NCBI RefSeq assembly: GCF_964355755.1
Contig: NC_092670.1
Span: forward strand, 12,696,795 to 12,760,794
Length of the DNA stretch: 64,000 nucleotides
DNA from: Antedon mediterranea
Taxonomy: Eukaryota; Animalia; Echinodermata
Reading direction: 5' to 3'
In this document: positions 31,672 to 46,600 of the stretch, piece after piece
Numbering within the stretch: position 1 is the stretch's first letter
Layout of the letters: each line of letters starts with the position of its first letter
Notes under the pieces: model-generated
Databases searched by the model: none
What the model was told of the DNA's origin: nothing
What the model saw: the letters and a program-made list of their open reading frames with translations, nothing else
Made by a program: the position numbers and the translations under genes

Positions 31672-34600
31672 TCACAGTAGGCCTAAACATGGAATTGAGT
31701 TCGGTAAATCTACCATCCTCTTTTCTTCGAAGTTTTCCTCTTTTCCATCAAAGAAAAATGTTTCAAGTTCGCCTTTTCCCTTGACCTTAACGACACCTCT
31801 TCGTTTAAATGTATATCCGAATTTACGAAGTATGTCTTTTGTCGCTGCTATCATCTAACATAAGAAAAACAATTTTATAAATATTTTGTTATAACTGACC
31901 AGCGCAAGTCCTAATGATATACATTTAACACATGTTATTTCTGTCACTAGATCCCTCGTGTGCAGACAAGGCATATTAACTATTCCAGCGATGCCTAATG
32001 AACCACTGGAACTAAATGTGTATGATGTTAAATGTAAATTTCTTATAATACACCGTACCTGGATTTTATCAAGGTCGCCTGTACTTTCCATTCTACTTGC
32101 CACGTTTACCGTGTTGCCCCAAATATCGTAATGGGGCTTGCGGGCTCCTATGACACCAGCTAAAATTGGACCATGGTTGATCCCTAATATATAATAACAA
32201 AAATAACGAAGGAGTTAATAGTCTAACATAGATTTCATCATATTTTTTTTAAATGTTAAAAATTTGACTTTTAAAATATAACAATATTTACACAATTGCT
32301 TTATTTGTTTAGTTTACACGTTCGCGGTAGTTTAATACATGTGGGATTAGAGAGGGTTCTTCAACGAAAACGGCCCGGTTTTCTTACCACATGCTTTTAG
32401 AAGGAAATGTAGGCCTACTTATTGGTCAGGTATTTTGTTGTACTCAATCAAAATCTTCATTTATTCACGAAATTATAAAATACAAAAGTACAAAATATAA
32501 AACTCGTTCACATAAAATAAAGGTTTTCTTCCACAAGTTCGTTATATGTAATGCAATATATAATATATACAAATAATACAGTGTATACACATTTATAGAA
32601 AAACATAAAAAAAAAGAATTTATAAAATAATACAGCATAACCTGTTTAAATATGTTTGCAATTTCTTTTTTAAATACGTTCTGAGATTGTGGCATTTTGT
32701 TGATGCAATTGTATAGGGTAACTGTATACTCTGTACAATGATAAATAAACATTTAGCTACAAATGGCGTGTCATACCTATACTTGAGCTTTTGTAACAAA
32801 ATTATTAAAACGTAAAATAATACTACGTCCAACATAAAACAAGAAAACTTTATAAATTAAATTATATATTTGATAATTCTTACCTATCCTAAGAATAAAA
32901 TTGTTGAATGACTGGTGATTTATCGTAGCCAGTGTTTCCTTCATCGTTAGAGCAAACTCAAGCAATTCTGCCAGGTGATGCCACGTGACTTTATCGTCTT
33001 GATAGACTGCACGGAAGTTGTCGGCAGCCAATCCAGACGCTGCCATGTAAGTACTGGAGATGGTCTTGATCTTTGTGACGTTCTTAAATTTGGGATCGTT
33101 CAAAAGCTGGGAAGGAATAACAGAAAAAGAAATTGCATCGATTAAAATACGGGTATGGTAGACTTACAATTTGGTGATAATGATATACAACGATATAGAT
33201 CTTGGGATCAGACGTCAATGATAGTAGGCGCGCATCCATAATCATCCTTTTAACACAGTCGAAAATTAAAATAAGAATTTAATTATCAATTTGATAAATT
33301 ATAGGTAATCTTTGTGATTGAAGATAATTTCTAGAAATCATCTCTGTTCCATAATCCAGTTAAGCCATCTTTATACTGACTAATGCACATGCGTGAGTAT
33401 CTTTTTTAACGAGGGGGATCAGACAATACTGACCATGCAATTTACTTATAATTCTGATTGATTACCTAGTCCAAACATACGCAGTAGTCAGTTCTACGGT
33501 GGCTTCATTAGTTGTAAATTTCTCACAATAATTAAGAATCTTACCTCATCAAAATCACTGATGATTTCATTGAGAAATCGAAGACATTCGGTCCCCTGGT
33601 TGTTGTAGTCATCTTCGCTATAGAAATCAGAAAAATTTGGGATCGACGCAAACATAACCCCGACGCTATTGTAATCTTGTGAATATAATTCCTATAATTA
33701 CAAAACCAGTAATGTATATGTAACAACTCAAGGTAATTTAAGACATGAAATAAATGTTCAGTGAAAGTATAATGATATTATTATCGTATTAAATTACAGT
33801 ATCATAATGTCGCTGTCTAGGGAATATTTCTTGAGCTGTTCTGATTGACTAGACTATTCGTGCTATTGGTTAAAGATGCGTGTATTTTTAATTACGCGTT
33901 TCCTTGCGATTGGTTCAGACTGAAATAACAGTCAGACGGTACATACCTCATCTTGTTTCTTGCCACCCATAAAATGCTGTGCAACATGTGCTGGCATTAT
34001 ATTCCTAATAAGTAATTCATTTTTGGTACGAAGATCCTCTACTTTCTGTTTCTGGATTTTGGCTTCAGTTTTGAAGTAAAATAGTTTTCGAATCGTTGCA
34101 TCAAGCTAAGTAAAAAAAAATGTTTATAAGTAGGCCTATATTAGTTTTGCCGTTGACAACTTATGAATGATAATTGACTCAGTATATCGTTTTTCTATTT
34201 AATGACAATTTTGCAATTTAATAGAAATTTGAGAAAGAAGCTGAATTTTAAAATCTTGGTAAATCTATGATTGAATGATATGGTCTACTATAATGGTCAA
34301 AAGGCAGCACATTTCTAACATTTGTAATAGGGCATACTTACATGTCGATTGAAATATAATAACGCAACGGTCGCCACTATGACTTGAAGTGTCAAAGCAT
34401 ATTGACTGGCACTTGGTACAAGTTGATTGCTATCTCTAAGAAGACAATTGTTAGTTAAGGTTATATTATTTCTGCGTGGATACTGAGTTCAAGCGAGTGA
34501 AGGAAATGAGTATGTAGTATTTTGATAGAGTTTTAACAAGCCCGTAGCCCGAGCCTTTTTCTCTAAGTGCCCGTTTCAAATTAGAAACCATCAGCGAAAG

Positions 34601-37600
34601 CTAAAATAGGCCAAATTTATCAAAATGTTATGGTCAATTGTACTTAGCCAGCAAAGGTTCGTCTACTAAATCTATATTTTCTTTAGTTGCTTAAATACCT
34701 TTACAACTTGCCTCTATGTGAAAACCCTATAACAATCCTGGCTATGGTCTGTCAACAGCTATAGCAGAAAACTACTTTATTTGTGGGATTTAGGATAAGT
34801 TTAAACATATTAGATGATATTTAGCCACAAATCATCTTAACCTCTTAGTCAATCAATTTTCTTTTTACTCGGGGTACCCGAGTCTAGGACTTACTAATTT
34901 TATCCTCCATCTGGACACTATTGAGTAAAAAGTGCGATTTTTAAAGTACTACTCCTCCCTTATTAGTTGTAGTATTGAGGTGAGATTTGGCCTGAATTAT
35001 ACTACAGGGACATGTCCTCAAATCTGTAGAGCCGGATTTTTGAATTTCAAACCGAATGCAGCCATATGACGTCTCGAAGATGTTACCATATAGCCGTATT
35101 TGGTAGGTTATTGATGTGTATGTGACGTCACATCTTGTCTTATGACGTCATTACAGCTTCATTTGCTGTACCCCGAGTATCGCACATTCGTGCTTTTTTG
35201 TTCATTAATTTGTTTAATTAAGAAGCCACAATGTGTGACACACACCACAGCATTATGTAGTTATATGCGGCTTCTTGGCGTAGTGGTTATCACGTTTGCT
35301 TAACATGCAGAAGGTACCTGGTTCGAGACCGGGCGAAACCTTTTTTTTTTAACTTTATGGTGAAAAGTACCTCAAAGCTATAGAGCCGGATTTTTTAATT
35401 TCATACCGGATGCAGCCATATGACGTCTCGAAAATGGTACCGTATAGCCGTATTTGGTAGCGCGGTTATTGATGTGTATGTGACGTTACATCCGGTCTTA
35501 TGACGTCATTACAGCTTCTTTCGCTGTACCCCAAGTATTGCACATTCGTGCTTGTTTATTTAGTTAGGAAAATAACCTAAGCAAATATGTCGTATGTATT
35601 TTCTTTCTTAAATCTTAGAAGTTAATTCATTAAAGATAAAATAAACTGGTTTGCTAAACACCTAAAGCTCTGTTTACACTATTAAAGTATTGTGTGCCCA
35701 AATATGGTAGTTATATGACGTCATCGTGTCCATATATGTCACACACAAGTCACAAGTCACAAATCAGTTTATTTGATCCAAAAGAAAAAAAAAATACAAA
35801 GCAAAAAATATACAAAAGGACCAGGGAGACTTCCATTAAGGCCAAAAGCCGCATGCATGGAAGCCACCCGAACATTTTAAATAATATATAATTCTCATGT
35901 ATATAATATAATTAAAAAATTAACAAATCATAACATTAACAGAATCATATCAGAACAGCTACAACCCATCTCTATTACATATATAACAATTTTGGATATA
36001 ACATACATCATCATATTCTGAAATAAAATTATTTTTTAAATATGTAGAAAAACCTTTCAAAGAATGTGTATTTACCTTTTCAGTAATCAAATTTACAGTA
36101 TTGTTAATTAATAAAGGTAGGCTATATGGGCACATCGCATAACGTTTGATAGTGTAGACAGAGCTTTAAGTAAAAAGTTTGCTGAAGTTTACTTACAAGA
36201 ACGTGACAGCGTATTCATCATACCGAGTGTAAAGTTCAGGTTTTAAGCAAAGGTTGATGAGACAATAAGCAATGGTTGTGATTGTCATCATCAGTAATTT
36301 TACCAAGTGAGTTATCTGAATTAAAACTGTAATTCCAATCTAGTGATAGAAAAAAATGGAAAGACACTTTAACAAATATTAATGATATTTAAAAATATTT
36401 TGAGAAGTTTCAAAATTGATTCAGACCTGATCAAAGGAGTTTATAAATGAATAGGTTGAAAATAAAGATTTAAAAAATAAGTTGAAGACAGAGGTTGAAG
36501 GTATTCATGATTATGTTGATTAATAATAAAGATTGAAATAGAAATTGAAGAAATTTAATAGATGGAGGTTGGAGATAGACATAAAAAATGAAGGCTGAAG
36601 ATAGAAGTTGAAAATAGAGGTTGAAGGTGTAAGATGAAATCCAATATAGATATTGAACATAGAAGATAGAGGTTGAAGTTGAGATTAAACTTAGAGATTG
36701 AACGTAGAAGTTAAAGATAGAGATTGAAGGTGAGATTGAACATAGAGATCGAACATAGAAGATGGAGATTGAACACAGAATTTGAAGACAGAGGTTGATT
36801 GAGGATAGAGATTGAACATAGAAGTTGAAGATAGAGGTTGAATGCGAGATTGAACATAGAGATTGAACATAGAGATCGAACATAGAAGATAGAGATTGAA
36901 CACAGAAGTTGAAGATAGAGGTTGAAGGTGAGATTGAAGATAGAGATTGAACATAGAAGATGGAGGTTGAAGATATAAATTGAATATACATGTTGAAGGT
37001 GTAAGGTGAGATTGAAGATAGAGATTGAAAACATAGATTGGACATATAGCCTAAGATGGAGGTTGAAGATAGAAGTTGAAAACATAGATAGAAGATGGAG
37101 GTTGAAGATGGAGCTTTACCATATATAGATCGACCATTAAAAACCACCAAAGAAATATGAGGGTATTGTAGTTGACAAAAATTACTTACCAGAACAAGTA
37201 TGGCGATATAGTTAAAATACTGGGCATATAGACATTCTTTGTCACTTGGTTTTGGCATTTCGCTTGTGTAGTTGCCACCAGTTTTACAATTAAGCTACAA
37301 AATTAAATACAATAATATTATGAAACCAAAGCGGGTTGACATTAAGATTTAGGATTTTAGATAGCTCATCCCAACCCACTGTGAAATCTTGGAGGACCAT
37401 ATCTATAAATAACAGTTTCCTTTAAAGATGTAATGTCCCACAAAAACATGAAAAATTAAGATTAAATTAAAAAAATTAGACTTTGAATAGGCCATATACA
37501 GGACAAAGTTTATGACTTCCGTAGTAAAAAGCAAATTAACGGTTAAATTCAACCAAAATCCCATTGTCTTCCAGTCAATTTTTGGCTTTAAATAACAGTG

Positions 37601-40600
37601 ATAATATTTTTTTTCCTGATCCAATTTTTGGTCAAAGTATATGTTAAACAAAATGTCAGTGGGACATTATTATTATCTTTAATGAACTGAATATCAGTAC
37701 AGTATGTCATTTTAGCGAAGACATTTTTTGGAGAAAATAACTTATATTCAATATAATATGTACTTAACAATAGAGTGGCTCATATTACCCAAGTATTTTG
37801 ACATTAATGTTGAAGTCATGTACTCATTGTATCTCCATAACGCGAGAAGAAAAGTGTTATATCATTTTTTAACGTAAATAACTACACGCGCAAGGTGGTA
37901 CGTGTCACCGTTTATCAAAATGAAGAAAAAAAATCAATTCGTACATTCATTATGTGCTAAATTCTACAAGATTCATTGTCGAGCCGTTTAAAGACATTGA
38001 TTAATGACATACAATGTTTAAAGCTGTTTCCATAATATGTTAATTTGAAACAAACAATGGTTCACACTAAACGGACTAATTCCTTCTCTTAAACGCTGCA
38101 GGTGTACATTTACACGCAGAAGACATGTCATTAGCCTTTCTCCGTGATCTAAAAATATCTTTTTTTAACAAATTGAGTTGAAAAAGCTTGTCTCGTCTAT
38201 TATTTTATTATAATTTGAGAAGCACATTGAAGAGAGACTTTCTTTTTAAAGGGAAACTTAAAACGCAACGCAAGCGTGTTGACAAATGACAAGCGACAGT
38301 TCAAATCATTCTTTTGATTGGTCGAATTTACTTGCGTTGCGCGCTTACATCATTATGTTGCAGCAAAGAAGTGCAACCCAAGCATTATGCTTGTAAGCCT
38401 AACAATAATAGTTTACTATACACAGCCAATTCTCTCTATACCTGTAGACGACAATATCAACTTAACTTAACCTAACCCTCTTAAAAAATCTCTCTAAAGT
38501 ATATAAATACTAGGACGGAGTGAGTGACCGAGCGGTTAAGACAGTGCAACCGTAATTACGTAGCCATAACATCGGCAAGGGTTCGAGGCTCACTCACTCC
38601 AGGGTTCTGGTGGTAGAACGAGTCTTCTCGGATAAGGACTATAAACCGTAGGTCCAGTGTACACAACTAGCTCGTGTGCACTTTAAAGAACCTAGTACAT
38701 CTTTCGAGACGAGTAGGGGGTTACCCCGGTGTATTAGTACATCACAGCCACTGATCACCAACTGGGTCCTCTGGGAGATCAGTCTTTGACTGAAGAGGCC
38801 ACCCAGTATAAAAATGAACAAACAAACAAACAAACGGGTTTGGCTATTCGCACCAACCAACCGGCTGGCAAAAAAAAATAAAAATGCTTCGACATAACTC
38901 TTTTGAAACAGGTGATAGACCTACATCATTAAGAAATTCAACTTATTTCTCCGTATATACAGTATTACATAAATGGGACGAATGTTGCTGTCTGAAGACA
39001 CGATACAGTTTGCTGTTTATAGCATGACACCGTACGTATATTAGTTGATGAATATGGCATTGACACTAGAATTAATTACATAACGATCCGTTTATATAAC
39101 TATCAAAGCTAAGAAGGTTATTATTATATATATTTTTTTATTGGTATAGATCGAGTGGATATTGAAAGAGTATAACGTCAACGTAACCATGACGATAATG
39201 ATTTAACAAAATAAAAATCAAACTAAAAACAAATAATGGTTTCCTTACCAATCTTATAATATTATAGGTTATGTATGATTGATCGAGGTTTTTTTTAATG
39301 TGAGTGTTCTGTTATAATAAGAAACGAGCAATATGTTACAAATTCGAGTGATCTGTTAGACTGTAACCTTGTGGCAAGTGATGACCAGTCATAGTCATAA
39401 TAATCATAATCGTCTTGCCGATGTGTTCCATGCTATATTGGAAGAAACCAGCCATCCTCTTCATAACGAAATTATCGGCTTCGTTATCGTTAGAAGTGGT
39501 AGGATGAGGACTCGTTCTACCCAGTTGGGATAAGGCATTATAACAAAATATGTGTTAGATAATATAGTCCCCATATATTTATTTATTTTAGGCAAGCCAA
39601 GATAACTTATGAGCACTGTAATTTCCATTTATATTGGACAATAAATGAATCTGTATCTGTAATGTTAATGTGAAACATCATTAAAACACATAATGTATAT
39701 GGACCTACTCAAGAATAGGCCTACATGTTATTGTAGGTAATTTAATAGGAGCTTTCGATCTGCAACGAAGAGATCACGCATATTGTATCGTGGTCTTTGG
39801 TTGGACATAGAATCTGCCAAACATTAAGCCAAGGAATCGATCGAAGAATAAAGACCCGATGTCCCCGTATGCGCAGTCCATTAGCGAGATTTCCTTCCAG
39901 GACAGTATGCGATGAACGGACGTTTAGAACGCCAAATAGGGTATCGATATTGGACATGCGCAGATTAAACTTGTGTATAAATAAAATTATCGTCCCTTCT
40001 ACAGTTTCTTTCGGGCTGAAATTCTCAATGGACAATAAAGAATCAGTTTCAATAGTATATGACGTAACAGTTCATATGTCGTCGCAGATCAAAAGCTCCT
40101 TATTCACCATACACACACTTACCGTATCTATAACATCAGCGATGCTAATAGCGCTAATTACTAATGTTGCACACATAATCCTCGCCCACCTTGTTGTTTC
40201 TATGTCATTTGAGAATTTCACCATTCTAGGAGGAAATCGATTAGGGATATTCGTAGCAAGAGACACTACAAAAAGAATTCCTAGAACTATCATTGCCATG
40301 ACGAAGGTGATAAACGTAATTGCTGACCTGCAAAAAGGAATAGAATTCGGTTATAGGCCTGAATGGAATTAATTAGGTTTTGTAAATATCTACATGATAT
40401 TTCTGTATTTTGTCTTACAGTTTAATTCGATTCAAATGACATTATTCGTTTAACAGACAATATGAAAAAAAAACCATAGGCCTACAAACATACAAATTGA
40501 AATGTCAAAAATGGACGACGGCAGAATCAAAAATAATAAATCTTGTGCCGGCTTCAGACAGGTTTTTAGCAATAAAAATGAAAGAAACCACCATTCTCGT

Positions 40601-43600
40601 GTCTTGATTTGGTTAAATATTACTACTACTAAGGTAGGCCTACTAAAAAGGAAGATAACAAAAAATAACGATTGTGTCATACGGCTGTTATTAGAGAATC
40701 GACGAAAAACTAAAATGTTTTATTTGGCCTAGACTAACCAAAGCATTTAAACTAACTAACCGAAGCATTTAAACTAACTAATCGAATCATTTACACTAAC
40801 TAACCAAAGTATTTAAACTAACTAACCGAAGCATTTAAACTAACTAACCGGAGCATTTAAACTAACTAACCGAAGCATTTGCACTAACTAACCAAAGCAT
40901 TTGCACTAACTAACCGAAGCGTTTAAACTAACTAACCGAAGCATTTAAACTAACTAATCGAATCATTTACACTAACTAACCGAAGCATTTAAACTAACGA
41001 CGGCAGAATAAAAAATAACAAATCTTGTGCCGGCTTCAGACAGGTTTTTAGCAATAAAAATGAAAGAAACCACCATTCTCGTGTCTTGATTTGGTTAAAT
41101 ATTACTACTACTAAGGTACTAAAAAGGAAGATAACAAAAAATAACGATTGTGTCATACGGCTGTTATTAGAGAATCGACGAAAAACTAAAATGTTTTATT
41201 TGGCCTAGACTAACCAAAGCATTTAAACTAACTAACCGAAGCATTTAAACTAACTAATCGAATCATTTACACTAACTAACCGAAGCATTTTAACTAACTA
41301 ACCGAAGCATTTAAACTAACTAACCGGAGCATTTAAACTAACTAACCGAAGCATTTGCACTAACTAGCCTAACCGAAGCATTTAAACTAACTAACCGAAG
41401 CATTTAAACTAACTAACCGGAGGCATTTAAACTAACTAACCGGAGCATATAAAACTATCTAACTAACCGAAGCATTTAAACTAACTAACCGGAGCATTTA
41501 GACTAACTAACAGATGCATTTAAACTAACTAACCGGAGCATTAAACTAACTAACCGGAGCATTTAAAATATACTAACCGAAGCATTTAAACTAACTAACC
41601 GAAGCATTTAAACCAGGGATGTAATTTAACTCTTCCCTGTTTAAGCTAACTAACCGAAACATTTACACTAACTAACCGAAACATTTACACTAACTAACCG
41701 AAGCATTTAAACTAACTAATCGAAGCATTTAAACTAACTAACCGGAGCATTTAAACTAACTAACCAAAGCATTTAAACTAACTAACCGGAGCATTTAGAC
41801 TAACAGATGCATTTAAACTAACTAACCGAAGCATTTAAATTAACTAACCGAAGCATTTAAACTATACTAACTAACCGTAGCATTTAAACTAACTAACCGG
41901 AGCATTAAACTAACTAACCGAAAAATTTAAAATATACTAACGGAAGCATTTAAACTAATTAACCGAAGCATTTAAACTAATTAACCAAAGCATTTAAACT
42001 AATTAACCGAAGCATTTAAACTAACTAACCAAAGCATTTATAACTAATCGAAACATTTAAACTAACCGTTACATTTACACTAACTAACCGAAGCATTTAA
42101 ACTAACTAACCGAAACATTTACACTAACTAACCGAATCATTTAAACTAACTAACCGAAGCATTAAACTAACTAACCGGAGCATTTAAAATATACTAACGG
42201 AAGCATTTAAACTAACTAACTTTTACCTTGGTAGCACACACAACTGAGCAAAAAATGCAAACAGCATGATGATGACTGAACAAAAGATAGCAACAGCACT
42301 CTGACGCTCTTTCTCGTGGTGGAACCGGGACTCTAGTGCATTATCTTTGAATCGTAACGTCACTATGTTGACTGTCTTCTGCATGATTCTGTGAAAAGTT
42401 AAAACAAATATATTATAAAATCCCTGAAAAATGTCTATTAAACTATAATATTATGAGGATTAATGTTTTTTAAAAGGACGTAGAGGAAAGAGAGACAGAT
42501 CGACAAATGACTACATAAATAATAGGAAAAACGACATATAACTGCATACCATTATGTCACTCCTGGACTTTAAATAAAATAAAAATTATGACATACAGTG
42601 TATATAATACTCTATTATTCAATTCAATTCACATTTATTTACTCATCGTTTATAAATATAATTTCATAACATAAATGATGGCAAGGAACCTGCATAGAGA
42701 AGTTTACACTTCAGTTTTCGCAGGACCCTTTTACATAAATAATATTATAAAAGATGCCATCATTTTGTAACAGTTATAAAAATCTTGAGTATAATTAGTG
42801 TTACACGATAAAGATGATAGTGGGGTTGCTTTGAGTACACAGTGTTAATTGCTATCCATAAAATACATTTATTGGAAATATTTTGAAAATCGTAATTAGT
42901 TTTTGAAATAGATTGTTGCTTCTGAAGGCTTTTATTATTGAATAGGCTTAATACAATTCAGAAGAAAATGATATTGGTATTACATAAAACAGAATAATAA
43001 ATATTGTCCGGAAATTATTCTCGAGGTTAAAGTATATCAATGTTTTCGTATGTAAAAAATGTATGTAATAATATAGCGCTTTATATATAACAATTTTCAA
43101 CTTACTGCTTCATCTTACTCACAGAGTCGCGTCAATGCAGCAACTCAGTGTAAACTTTCTAATCAATAATCCTCGACACGGGCCGAATAGTATGGGGCGC
43201 CATACGCAGCAAACTATTTATGACGCGTTTGTTGGCGCTCCATAGTGTAGACCATACACCGAAGTCTATTGGCACCTGATTGACACACAACTTGTAAACT
43301 GAACCTACTGCTTTAAGCCTGTTTTCCACTAGGTGATTTTTTTCGTTTCGCAAAGAGTAGAAACAATTCGAACTGCGAAAATCCCGAAAAGAACTGAGAT
43401 TTGCTGCATAGAGGGATTTGGAAGATGGAAACATGATTACGCATGCGTATAATCTGACACTTTCGATTGGCGTGACCAACAAATTTACCTAGTAGAAAAC
43501 AGGCTTTAACAGTGTACTATACATCGTATTCTTACTATTACCACAAAGCCCTTCTCAATAATGTTCCATTTGGTGGTCTATTATATTAATTAGGGTAGGA

Positions 43601-46600
43601 GAAAGTGGGTAATTAGCAATTAAACAAGACAACATCTTTGAGAAAAAAATATTTAAAAAGTATTAACTTACGAGACATCTTCTCTTTCAATAAGTGCTTC
43701 CCTTAGCGTGTTATCCTTGGAATCTTCTTTTTTGTTTGTTTTTTCTACTTCTTTATTAAATTTAACCATCTTATCATCCACGTTTTTATGATTCTGCAAT
43801 AAATCAATAAAATAGTAGTCAAATTCTAAGTACATCTGGCTTGCAGAAAAGCGGTAATACAGGAAAATTGTTATTATTTGGAGACGCTATACAGTGGCCC
43901 ATGTGGAAGGAGGGTACCGTCAGCATACCCTCATGATCGATATTTAGTAGGCCTACTAGATTTAGTTTTTAGTAGGCCTACTGTATATACTATAATTATG
44001 GTAGAGAAGTGACTAAACGTAGAATCGACGTAAAAAGTAAGAGGAAATATTGCGAGAGAAGAAAAATATGTTTAAATATTATGATAGAGATAGAAAATAT
44101 AAAACACTTAAAACAAGACAAATAATACAGTTTAATTTCATAATCATTTAGAAAATATGTTGTAACAAATGGAGAATTAAAACTGGCACGATTTCACAAA
44201 AGACTGCATGAATTGCAAAAACCAAATCGAACGCATGCGCACAATACATTTACATGACGTCATATGCCAACTAGGTCGCCGCAAATTAAACGTTCTTTAA
44301 AATGATCACAGAATAAATAATTTTAAAAACCTTCAGATCGATAACTGGAATGCCATCCTCGTCTTCATAGTCAAGCATTGTATTCTGAAGAACAACAAAA
44401 TTGCCATCTAAATATTCTGACATTTAACATATTATAGATAATACATTGTTCAAAAACCTTGATAAATTATCTCGACGTATCATCACTCAATATCAACCTA
44501 AACAAAAAATGAGATATCTATCTTTTTTATTAGAACTATCTACGTCACTGACTGTGAAGTGTTATTGTAATTCGTTTACAAATCGTTTACTATTCATAAT
44601 ACTGTTATTATTAATAACCGAATACGAGTGATATATGGATATAAACAATTTTGCAAAAAAAAACCACCGGAATAAAAGCAGACCCAATGCTGATACAACC
44701 ACCACCGCATCTAAATATGTACACGTGCGTCATTAATTTACTATGTCTATTCGTGGTGTCTGACAATCTACAAGTAGCGAGCAGACACGCACAAACAATT
44801 ACATTGGTACCTACCTTGGTCGATTCTGTAGTAGGGTTGTTTAAATCAATCACTGGGATGTTGTTGTCAGTGTCACTTGTTTTTACATCCGATAATGTTA
44901 ACGATGGTTGCAGAAGCTTCTGTGAAAATTCACAACATTTTTCATTTTCATTGAAAACTCGGCGATTCATAACCCTTATCTAAAGACTTTAAAATATTTC
45001 TAGTAGGCATATTATAGAATAGAAGTTTGCTAGTGTAGACTTTTGCTAACTTGTTTTCTGTAATTTGCCGAAGTTTGTCAACTGGTTTACACTAGAAAAA
45101 TGTAAAAATGTGCTAGTGTAGTAACATTGCATTCTTTTGTTTTATACCATTGGGGTCGTTTTGTACAAATGACAATAAAGAATATTTACCTTTTTATTAG
45201 AATTAACTGATTTTATCAGGTAAGTCTTGATATTTTGTAATTTAATATAATCTGATCTTGTTTCTCCTTCACCTGGTTCCACCTCAAACTCGTCACTAAG
45301 GCACTCGTATGTTGCTTGAGATATGTGTACCCTCCTAATTAAACAAATATCAAAGTTAAATAATTTAGCATAAAAATTAGCCTCTAAAAAAATAAATATG
45401 TACTTTCTAAACATTTTCGAAAGGGGATGATTTGAGAAAAGTTTTGCAAGTATAGTAAGACTTGCCAATAATTTATATTAAAATGTCCATAACATTATGA
45501 TAATACGTACATAATAATTATAACAAAGTACATTAATTTAGAGGAAAACATATTGGAAAATACAATATTGTTAATCTGGTTACCGAGGGAAAAGTAAAGA
45601 AAATAATAATTATGTTATGTCTCACATTAATAAGTAATAAGTTGAGTCTAAAGGTCACCGCTGACGTAACACGTCTCTCATTGGTTTAATGATAGACGTA
45701 AATAAATATCGAATACAGACAAAGATTCCCCTAAGAGAGACTTAAGATTTTAACTTCTTACATAACATAAAGCTCTACTACACTATCAAACTTTATGTGA
45801 CAAAACAATGTGATGTGCCCATACGGTATGGATAAGATGACGTCATATCGCTATCATTATTTGGACACATCACACCTTTTTTTTTTCAAACTAGTTTGAT
45901 AGTGTAGGCAGAGCTGCTTTACGTTAAGTAAGGAAATGTGTGAAGGAAGTGAATGCTCAGGTAGACCTGACATGTATGTAATTAAACATTTTAATTTACC
46001 CTGGAATGCCACCAGATTCCATGCAGTTGGCCAGCTTTACTCCGTCACTCCATACGTCAAACTGCCATTGTTTCTGTCCCATTACTCCCGCCAGAACTGC
46101 ACCCGTATGTATACCAACACGCATGTCTACACCGCTTTGAGTTTGCTCACGTACAGCTCTGTCAAAGACAAAATGAATAAGTGATGAGGGTTGGGTGATG
46201 TCAGGGATTGGTGATTGTCGATTTATGAACTAGGACTGGTGCATTTTACATTATGTCATTGTTCCCAAACCGTCGAAATCGTTCAAAATTCGCATGTTAT
46301 TGTTGTGTCTTAGTGTCAAAGTAGAATAGCCTCAGCGAACGATGTCTTGCAGAAAATTGCCAAACAAAATCAATGTATGCGAACAGTACCTCCATTATAA
46401 CAACCTAGGTCGCAAAAAATAAAAGCTCCATAATGATAAAGCTGATGATTATATTATAATAACGGTAATGGTTTAAAAATAATGAACTAAAGAATTAGTT
46501 TACAATGAAATTGTTTTAATTAGCTTCACTAATATTGGTCCTTCAATCCGTATACAATAAAATCACGATGTTAATGAAGATGGATAATGGGCCGACAATT

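Noticed and set aside
33040-33075. KTISSTY instead of KTIGSTY as a sign of an inactive cyclase
   Set aside because: Both metal-binding Asp (C1) and the Lys, Asp, Asn and Arg (C2) catalytic residues are intact and the frame is open.
36470-37258. 262-aa ORF and overlapping 87/124-aa ORFs
   Set aside because: Only 37190..37294 is a real ADCY3 exon; the rest is read-through into a low-complexity tandem repeat that lacks stops.
39797-40372. 191-aa plus-strand ORF
   Set aside because: Composed of a MITE plus the antisense of ADCY3 exon 12; no recognisable domain.
40733-42220. CRISPR-like array
   Set aside because: Units are head-to-tail with no unique spacers, there are no cas genes, and it lies in a eukaryotic intron; it is a minisatellite.
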